Positions 1 to 7,355 of a DNA stretch of 64,000 nt are shown here, in pieces. Both the position numbers and the translations under genes were made by a program. The DNA is taken from positions 111,755-175,754 of the forward strand of contig CADCPN010000002.1 of the NCBI GenBank assembly GCA_902803375.1, given 5' to 3'. How positions within the stretch are numbered: the first letter of the stretch is position 1; each line of letters starts with the position of its first letter. Under the pieces are notes generated by a model. That model searched no databases. It saw only the letters and a list, made by a program, of their open reading frames with translations, and had not been told where the DNA came from. The DNA comes from an uncultured Erysipelotrichaceae bacterium. Lineage in GTDB: Bacteria > Bacillota_I > Bacilli_A > RFN20 > CAG-826.

Positions 1-713
1 CCTTTCGTGAATTTTATCGATTTGGAGGATTCCCCGAGTCACTTGCTTCCGTCGACAAACGTGAATACGTCTCCAACATTTATGAAAAAATTTTGTTGGG
101 CGACATCATCACCCGTAACGCGATACGCAGCGAAAACGGTATGAGGGTTTTAATAAAAAAGATTGCAGGCACCATCTCCCAAGACGTTTCCTATACCAAT
201 CTTTACCACGCTTTGAAAACCATCCGCTTCTCCCTCTCAAAAGACACGATCATTGATTATTGTTTTTATGCCAACCAGAGTTTTTTGCTGTTTACTCTAA
301 AAAACTACTACGCCGCATTCGTTGACAAAGAGAGCAATTCAAAATTCTATTTTTCCGACAACGGCATCTTGAACCTATTCTTAGCTCAAGACGACACCTC
401 CCTCTTTGAAAATTTGGTTGCAGTCACGTTAAAACGAAAATATCAAGACAAACTCTATTATTTGAAAAGCAGCAAAGCCAAGATTGATATCGATTTCTTT
501 GTTGATGAAGAGAATATCGCAGTTCAAGCTTGTTATTCCATGGCGAACGCGGAAACCGTCGACCGAGAAGTTGGACAATTAAAAAAACTAGACGCGACAA
601 ATCCTGGGAAATATAAACTCACGATCATAACGATGAACGAGACAGGGAACATTCCTCTCAAGCACAACGTGATCCACATCATAAAACTGCAGGATTTCTT
701 GCTTTCAAATTAA
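1..713 (+). CDS. AAA+ ATPase of the AAA_14/DUF4143 type, C-terminal part (5' end lies outside the window)
   Basis: Frame 3 is open from the window edge (FREFYRFGGFPESLASVDKREYVSNIYEKILLGDIITRN...) to the stop at 711-713. The sequence resembles the DUF4143 C-terminal region of archaeal-type ATPases, judged from memory. Confidence 0.55.
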   Translation, partial: FREFYRFGGFPESLASVDKREYVSNIYEKILLGDIITRNAIRSENGMRVLIKKIAGTISQDVSYTNLYHALKTIRFSLSKDTIIDYCFYANQSFLLFTLKNYYAAFVDKESNSKFYFSDNGILNLFLAQDDTSLFENLVAVTLKRKYQDKLYYLKSSKAKIDIDFFVDEENIAVQACYSMANAETVDREVGQLKKLDATNPGKYKLTIITMNETGNIPLKHNVIHIIKLQDFLLSN

Positions 714-897
714 AGGAATGGGTTCTTTTTCAGTTAAAAGAGCGCGGGAACCAACTTTTTTAACTCTGTTCGTTTTTAAAGAATCGATGCAAGCGCAATT
801 TCTTGGTTATTTCCGAATAAAGGGAGTTTTCGTCCCTATCCGATAGTAAAACAGTAAACTTTAAAGTTTCGATTGGTTCAACCATTGGTGTTCTATT

Positions 898-1473
898 TCA
901 AATGATGTGAAAAATGGACAGGGCATTGTCCTCTTTCTCTTGACTAGTGCACTCGACGGTCCCTCTCTTCGGATCCGTTCTGGATTCAGCTCGGAGATAT
1001 TCTTTCTTCTCCAGCCATCTCAAATCGTATTGGATGGTTCTGTCTTCCACGGCGAGGTCTTTGGCCATCTTTCTTATGTTGAAAGGCTCGCTGTCATGCT
1101 TTTCAACGCAATAGAGGATGATGCATTTTCTCTGGAACGGCGTTATCTTGCGGATCAGGGCATCGTTCTCATCGTCGGCTGGCAATACGCAGATATATCC
1201 GTATTTGCCCAACTTAAAATCGGTTCCGGCATATCTTCGCCTCTCGTAGGTCGGGACGCGCTTCGGATCGCTCGCGTCGAAATCCTCGTCTTCCATCTCG
1301 TCTAGCTTATCAAGGGCAGCCTTGCTCACTCTCTTCTCCTCGCTCAACTTTCTCCTCTTCCACCGCTCTCTCAAAGCATCATAACCTTCCTTGTCTTTCT
1401 CCACGGAAAAAACCTCTCTTTCGACGATTTGCAGCTTCCCCTCAGCGCGGACTGGATGTCTCTCCTTACACAA
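898..1473 (-). CDS. hypothetical protein with a charged N-terminal half and a DeoR-like winged-HTH C-terminal half
   Basis: 191-codon ORF with HTH-like segment FNIRKMAKDLAVEDRTIQYDLRWLEKKEYL. The listed start is TTG. An internal GTG (codon 24) preceded by AGAGAGG is an alternative start. It lies 67 bp downstream of hsdR on the same strand. Confidence 0.4.
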   Translation of the reverse strand: MCKERHPVRAEGKLQIVEREVFSVEKDKEGYDALRERWKRRKLSEEKRVSKAALDKLDEMEDEDFDASDPKRVPTYERRRYAGTDFKLGKYGYICVLPADDENDALIRKITPFQRKCIILYCVEKHDSEPFNIRKMAKDLAVEDRTIQYDLRWLEKKEYLRAESRTDPKRGTVECTSQEKEDNALSIFHII

Positions 1474-1540
1474 TATCGAGGCGGTATAGTGTGTGGCCCC
1501 GGAACGATTTCTGACGTCATTCCGTCATCATGTATTGAGC

Positions 1541-4500
1541 TTAATCGATAACCCCTTGGACGGCCTCGTCCTGATAATCAGGCGGATAGTTGTATTTTTT
1601 GAGGACTTTACGAATGGCAATCCTCATTTTAGCCTTAGTGGACTCTTTGCTGGCCCAGTCGGTCTTGGTGTATTTGTCCACAATGTCCTTCAGTTCTCTG
1701 GCGATGAGCTTAAGGGTTTCGTCATCTAACAATTCCTTGGCTGACTTGTCTCTGACAAGCGCATCGTAGAAGGCCCTTTCCCTACCGTTTATGCCAAGCT
1801 CATCAGCTTTCTTCTGGTCTCCGACAAGCTCCTGAGCGAATTGAACAAGTTTGACGATAGTCTCGTCAGCGACGAATTTGTCGTCGCGGTCGTTATATTC
1901 CTCGAGGATTTTTCTCAGTCTCTTTGAGTACTCCTGGGATTTGAGGTAGTTGTTTTTCCTGCTTTCGGCGATGGCTCTTTCGAGAAGTTCCCTCGCTATT
2001 TGGACGAAAACCAGCGGCGGATTGCTCTTCCTCAGCTTTTCAATCTTCTCCTCACTCAAAAGCTCAATCACGTTGACGGAATCATCCTGCTTCGTGAGGA
2101 CTTTTACTTCATCCCCTTGAACCGCATCCGCCAACAAGGAAGCGACGTATTTGTTCATCTCGCTGATGGAGACCGGGGCCGGGTTGGTCCTGAGCTTCAG
2201 GATGTAGCTCCGGATGGCGAGGTAATAGTAGATGTCATTCCTCTCCTCTTCGGTGACGATGCCTCCACAAGCTACAAAGGCCTGCTTGATGGAGATACTC
2301 AAATCCTCCATGAACATCTTCTCTCGTTCCTTGTCTTCCAAGACGAACTGAGTGCCGTTCTGAATTGCTTTGAATCTCGTCAAAGAATCATTAGAGAAGA
2401 AGCCGGATTTGTCGACCTTGTAGAACCACTCGTTGAGGATGCTAAGCTTCTCTTTGAGGATGTTGTAGATTTCCTTTTTGACGTCCTGGACGTTGGATTT
2501 CCTGTCGCGATCCGTGTATTCGGACAAAGCGGCCTCCAAGGCCTTTCCAAGTCCAATGTAATCCACAATGAGGCCAGAGGACTTGCCCGGATAGACTCTG
2601 TTCACGCGGGCGATGGCTTGCATGAGGGCATAGGACTTGAGTCTCTTGATGAAATACATCACGTCGAGGTCCGGGACATCAAAGCCTGTCAGCCACATAT
2701 CCCGGACGATGGCAATCTTATATTTGGAGGTGTCTTTCTTGAATTCCTCTCCTAAATCGGCCCTGTAAGTCGAATTGCCGAAAGCCTTTCTTTCCTCCTC
2801 GGAGTCCTTGTTGGATTCGGTCACGACGAGGATGATCTTGCCCTTGTATTCGGGCTTGAGCTCAAGCATCTTCTGATAAAGCTTGAAGGCTCCCCTTCTG
2901 GTCTGGCAGACGATCATCGCTTTGCCGTGGAGGAAGTTCTTCCTCTCCTCGTAGTGATCGAGTATGTCTTTGGCAAAGAGTTCGACGATGGAATCCTGCT
3001 CCAGGATACCAGAAAGCTTCAACATCTCTCTTGGATTTCTCGACGGCCTCTGGGGTGCCGCGCTCGTTCTTCTCGATGTCTTCGTAGTAGTCGTCTATCT
3101 TCTTAAGGACGTCCTCGTTTGTCCATATCTTGGCGAGCCTTGACTCATAGTAGAGTTTTACCGTCGAACCGTCGATGATGGACTGGGTCATGTCGTAAAC
3201 ATCGATGATGTCGCCGAAAACATCCGTTGTTTGCTTGTCTTTGTTGGAAATCGGCGTTCCGGTGAAGCCAATGAATGTGGCATTGGGCAAAGCATCGCGG
3301 ATGTATTTCTCCACGCCGTATTTGAAAACTGGGGAAAGCTCGCCTTCCTCGTGTTTCTCGTAATGAACGGTCTCGTAGATGCCGTAATGGCTTCTGTGGG
3401 CCTCGTCGGTCATGACGATGATGTTGTCTCTTCTGTTCTCAGGAAGATTCTCTTTGTCGAATTTGCCGATGGTGGTGAATATGATCCCACCTTGCTTGAT
3501 CGTTCAAAGCTTTTTGACCAAATCTGATCTACTATTGACGATGACCGGATCCGCACGGAGATAGTCCCTGGCGCTGCAGAAAGTCTTATAAAGTTGGTCG
3601 TCAAGATCAATTCGGTCGGTCAGCAAAACAATCGTAGGCACATTGAGCTCTGGGGCTTGGAGAAGCCTGTGAGCCAGCATCACCATGGAGAAGGATTTTC
3701 CGCTTCCCTGGGTATGCCAGACGATGCCGGCTTTTCCGTTCCCCACCGGCTTCTTTGCCTTCGTGATGGATGCCATGGATTTGAGAACGCCGAAATATTG
3801 GTGGTATTGGGCCATTATCTTGACCGGCTCGTTGTTCTTGTCCTTTATGAAGAACAGACCGTTTTGGATGAGGCCGAGCAGATGGCTTTTCGGGAACAAT
3901 CCCTCAATCAAGATGTCCAGAGTCCGCACGCAATCCTTGTCGTAGCCCTTTTCACCATTGACGCTCTTCCACCCCACAAAACGGTCTTCGGGAGACGTCA
4001 AAGTTCCGACCTTTGTTGTGGCGCCGTCGGAAATGGCGAGGAAGGCGTTATAGTTGAATAAAGTCGGGATGTCATAACGGTGTCCGCCATGCTCGGTGTT
4101 TCCGCCAAGCTGGTTATAAGCATCGGTCAGAGTCGCCTTGATCCCCGCTTCATCGAAGGTCTTCAGTTCCATGACGATGAGGGGGATCCCGTTGATGAAG
4201 ACGATAACGTCGGGTATCCTTGTGTCTCTATTCTCATTGAATTAAATTTGATGAGTGACCTGGAATACGTTGTTCTCCGGATTCTTGAAGTCGATGAGAC
4301 GGACGAGCGGGTTGACTGCGTATTCCTTCGATTCGATGGTGATTCCATCGATGAGCATCTGGTGGAACCGATAGTTCCTCTCAAAGAGAGACGGGTTGTC
4401 TATCCTCTCGATTTCCTTGATGGCCTCTTGGAGAATGTCCGCAGGGCAATGGTTAATCCGCTGCAGGCATTCCATAAGAAGATCTTCGTTTATGAATTCG

Positions 4501-4610
4501 TCCAATTTCCGGTTGGCAATCCAGCCATCGTTGCTGGGGTCAGCGAAATCGTAGCCCTGCCCTTGCAGCAAGGAGATGATCGACTCCTCTACAACATTCT
4601 CGTTTACCAT
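1541..4610 (-). pseudogene. hsdR: type I restriction enzyme R subunit (HsdR), disrupted by two in-frame stops and one frameshift
   Basis: Four consecutive ORF fragments (4242-4685, 3504-4172, 2862-3413, 1541-3025) join into one HsdR-like protein. Motifs: DVIVFINGIPLIVMELK, HTQGSGKS (Walker A), VMTDEAHRS (DEAH), QAIARVNR, and a DUF3387-like tail. Lesions: in-frame TAA at 4242-4244, in-frame TGA at 3504-3506, and a 1-nt shift near 3026-3033. Confidence 0.85.
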
Positions 4611-4611
4611 T

Positions 4612-5925
4612 TCATTTGCCTCTCTCAATCGACCAGTATCCGTTTCGTCTGGAGCCTTTTCTGGTGATGAATCCGAGTTCGGCAAGTTTGGCGGTCGATT
4701 TCTTCACGGTGCTAAGGCTCATCCCAATCATCTTGGATATCTCCTCGGCGTTTGCTTTTGGATTCCTCTTTATGCAGTCGAGTATCTTCTTTTGGGTTTC
4801 GGTCAGGGAAAGCATCGTCTCTTCGCTCACGCTACTTCCGGAAGCCCACTCGGGAGTGAAGGCATAAGGAATCGTGACGGTGAGGAAATTCTCGGATATC
4901 GTGAAGGCTTTTCTGCCGTATGCGCCCACGATGATGGGGACGCCGTGCCCCGTCTGCTCGGCATAGTCGAGCTGGGTGAAAATCGTCTGAAGGGCCTTGT
5001 TCACCGGGCGGGAGTCGCCTTGGTAAAAAGCTTCCTCCGAAAGCCCGAATGGGAGACCTCCATAGGAGACGATCTCCAGCCTGTCCGAAAAGATATAGAT
5101 GGCCGGAGGCGTCAGGTCATGCCAAGAATTGTGAAGGCACGCGTTGACCCAGGCTTCACGGAAAGCGGCGAAGTCGAAAAGAGGGATGTCCTTCCTCTGC
5201 GGGCCTGACATATCCACGTTGGTCTCGTCGATGCTCTGGACATAATCCATCGCCTGTTGCATCGCCAAGATCATGCATTTGTTTCCGAATTCGGTCCTTT
5301 GCGAGATGGAGGCTTTGTCCTTCCCCGGGAACCTCGCCACCTTGATGGAGACATCGCTCTCATCGGAGAGCAGCTCCGCCATCTGGTTGTATCTCCCATC
5401 ATCCGTCAAGAGCCTCTCGTTCTTGGCGAACGTCTTCTCATTGCTCACGTGATAGCCTTTGGAGACCAAAAGGGATATAAGCTGGGTGAAATGGAGGTCT
5501 TGCCTGAATGCTGCCGATTCTCTTATGAAGTCGAACCCTGAGCCAACGAACATTTTCTTCAACGCTTCCCTTGTGGCTTTCTTGTCCTGATCGGCAGAGC
5601 GGGCATAGTAAAGCCCGTACGCCGAATAGGGGGAATCCGTCCCCTCCACATCCACTTCAATGTACTCCAGGCCTTCGGGCGTTGTTTTCGTCTCTATCGT
5701 CGGGATGATGGCTGGTTCGATAAAATTGTGGATGGCATCAGATATGGTCCTCTCTGTGTCTTTTCCCATCTGTTGACCTACCACTTCCCCATCGTTCATC
5801 ACGCCGAAATAAAGCGTTCCCCTGCCCGATTTGTTCAGCATCGATGCGAGGGATATGACGCCTTCTTTTAGCTCGGAGGTAGTTTTTTTGAACTCTACAG
5901 TCTCGCTTTCTTTCCCCAGGTTCGT
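4612..5925 (-). CDS. AlbA_2 (Schlafen-like) / HATPase_c_4-like / C-terminal wHTH putative DNA-binding protein
   Basis: The first ATG is at 5841 (409 aa). The conserved N-terminal ESETVEFKK...GVISLAS continues in frame upstream to a TAA at 5944-5946. An AGGAGG at 5933-5938 sits 7 nt before an in-frame ACG at 5923-5925. The C-terminus has a MarR-like HTH (LTETQKKILDCIKRNPKANAEEISKMIGMSLSTVKKSTAKLAELGFI). The stop TGA (4612-4614) lies 1 nt from the hsdR ATG (4608-4610). Confidence 0.6.
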   Translation of the reverse strand, partial: TNLGKESETVEFKKTTSELKEGVISLASMLNKSGRGTLYFGVMNDGEVVGQQMGKDTERTISDAIHNFIEPAIIPTIETKTTPEGLEYIEVDVEGTDSPYSAYGLYYARSADQDKKATREALKKMFVGSGFDFIRESAAFRQDLHFTQLISLLVSKGYHVSNEKTFAKNERLLTDDGRYNQMAELLSDESDVSIKVARFPGKDKASISQRTEFGNKCMILAMQQAMDYVQSIDETNVDMSGPQRKDIPLFDFAAFREAWVNACLHNSWHDLTPPAIYIFSDRLEIVSYGGLPFGLSEEAFYQGDSRPVNKALQTIFTQLDYAEQTGHGVPIIVGAYGRKAFTISENFLTVTIPYAFTPEWASGSSVSEETMLSLTETQKKILDCIKRNPKANAEEISKMIGMSLSTVKKSTAKLAELGFITRKGSRRNGYWSIERGK

Positions 5926-5965
5926 GCGTTGGCCTCCTATTGCTTAATAGTTTATCATAGGTGTA

Positions 5966-6025
5966 ATTCATAGTTCAATTCAAAGGTCATTTCAAAGTTC
6001 AATTTATGGTTGATTTCATAGTTCA
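5966..6025. repeat. 12-bp tandem repeat x5, unit nTTCAWAGKTCA
   Basis: Units start at 5966, 5978, 5990, 6002 (degenerate) and 6014: aTTCATAGTTCA, aTTCAAAGGTCA, tTTCAAAGTTCA, aTTTATGGTTGA, tTTCATAGTTCA. A sixth degenerate copy may lie at 5954-5965. Confidence 0.8.
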
Positions 6026-6063
6026 TAATTGGCGTTATAGGAAGCGTGGATGATCTGATTGAA
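6026..6063 (+). repeat. 38-bp direct repeat, copy A (hsdS conserved-region junction)
   Basis: TAATTGGCGTTATAGGAAGCGTgGATGATCTGATTGAA matches 6730-6767 at 37 of 38 positions and encodes IGVIGSVDDLIE. Confidence 0.9.
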
Positions 6064-6732
6064 CAAGAAGGGAAAACGATTGAAAAACTTGATAATTTTG
6101 CCCGACGACTTTATTCAGCGATTATTGAACGCCACCAAGAGAAAACATATCGCCTGGCCGACTGCTGTAATTTCATTCCTGGATACTCGTATTCGGGGAG
6201 TGAACTCCAAGACTCAGATATTGGCATGGTATCTATAAAGTCATTCGAAAGGACAGGCGGATTTAAACTAGACGGTGTCAAGCCGCTTCTTCCCAGCAAG
6301 AGCATTGCTGCAAAGAAATGTGAAATAGGTGACGTCCTTGTCGCGCATACCGACCTCACCAAGAATCAAGAAATCATAGGAAGTCCTGTGTTGGTGACAA
6401 CAAAAGGGAACTTCAAAGCATTGGCCTTTTCAATGGACCTTGTAAAGGTGGTTTCAAAGGTTAAATGGTTAAACAACGCCATCCTATATAGGGTTTTAAA
6501 TAGTTCCTCGTTCAAAAAACACGCTCTTGGATTGTGCACAGGCACGACGGTCGTTCATCTGAACAAAAAAGCCTTGGAAACCTATACGTTCGAAGGTCCT
6601 CTTTCCATTGATGAAAGCATCGCAAATAAGTTGGCAGATATCCAGGACACCATCGCTTACAAAACCAAGAAAATAGAGATGCTTGAATCCGCAAAAGCAA
6701 CGCTATTGATCAAGTATTTTGGTTCTAACTAA
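6028..6732 (+). pseudogene. hsdS: type I R-M specificity subunit (HsdS) half-cassette 1, with no canonical start context
   Basis: The reading frame opens after a TAG at 6019-6021 with IIGVIGSVDDLIEQ... (coiled-coil conserved region). A target-recognition-domain-like body follows, then a distal helix ...TGTTVVHLNKKALE...LSIDESIANKLADIQDTIAYKTKKIEMLESAK. Only a GTG at 6046, with a poorly spaced SD, could serve as a start. Confidence 0.65.
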
Positions 6733-7310
6733 TTGGCGTTATAGGAAGCGTAGATGATCTGATTGAAAATTTGACATATCAAAAAGCCTTAGTGTTGAGA
6801 TACATAGATGGCTTGTTCACTGCTTATGAAAGCTTGAACTGCAGGACGTCATTTGGCGAAATATTCGATTGTATAAGCGGATTCGCATTCAAGAGCAAAG
6901 AATATTTGCCAACTGCTGAATTCAAGGTCGTTACTATAAAAAACATCGGCGAAAATGGCTTTGAGGGAGAAAACTGTGACCACATTGAATATCGCAAAGA
7001 ATTCGACGTGTTCGCGTTAAAGATTGGCGACCTGTTACTGACGATGACCGGCAACATAGGACGTGTCGGGGTTGTTGACAGAGAAAAGTGCCTACTAAAC
7101 CAACGTGTTTTAAAGATAGACACGAAAGCAAAAGGTTATGCCTTAGGATATCTAAGGAAGCACAAGCGCGATCTTGTTGATCTAGGAAAAGGCACAGCCC
7201 AAAAAACCTGTCTCTTAAAGAGATCAGAGCCCTTCCTGTTTTCAACACAAAAAGTGAAATTGAAAACTCTCATCTTCTTAATGAACTTTATGACTATTTA
7301 TTGTGGTTAA
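6729..7310 (+). pseudogene. hsdS: HsdS half-cassette 2, frameshifted at an A6 tract and 3'-truncated
   Basis: It opens with LIGVIGSVDDLIENLTYQK... followed by a TRD-like body. After GTAQK the annotated frame reads nonsense (TCLLKRSEPF...). The +1 frame from the A-run at 7201-7206 reads the HsdS-typical NLSLKEIRALPVFNTKSEIENSHLLNELYDYLLWLKEKS. Confidence 0.65.
6730..6767 (+). repeat. 38-bp direct repeat, copy B
   Basis: TAATTGGCGTTATAGGAAGCGTaGATGATCTGATTGAA lies 704 bp downstream of copy A in the same orientation. Confidence 0.9.
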
Positions 7311-7355
7311 AAGAAAAATCCCGGTTTTGCTCAAATCGGGAAATTTCAGAAAAGT

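Noticed and set aside
3504-3506. The in-frame TGA in hsdR as evidence for a TGA=Trp (code 4, Mollicutes-like) genetic code.
   Set aside because: About 50 other long genes in the window are intact under the standard code without needing TGA read-through. The same gene also carries an in-frame TAA and a frameshift, so pseudogenisation explains it better.
5738-5971. The 77-aa minus-strand ORF overlapping the AlbA_2 5' end.
   Set aside because: It is out of frame with the conserved AlbA_2 N-terminal sequence, is Arg-rich and low-complexity, and is explained by the overlapping real frame.
5966-6025. The 12-bp tandem array as a CRISPR array.
   Set aside because: The units are contiguous with no spacers, only 12 bp long and only five in number. 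No cas genes are present. Nothing elsewhere in the window resembles a CRISPR array either.
6026-7310. An active invertible hsdS shufflon (phase-variable type I system).
   Set aside because: The repeats are direct rather than inverted. I saw no inverted copy of the 38-mer, no recombinase gene, no expressed full-length hsdS and no hsdM in the window. I therefore report only the weaker reading of the cassettes as a remnant.
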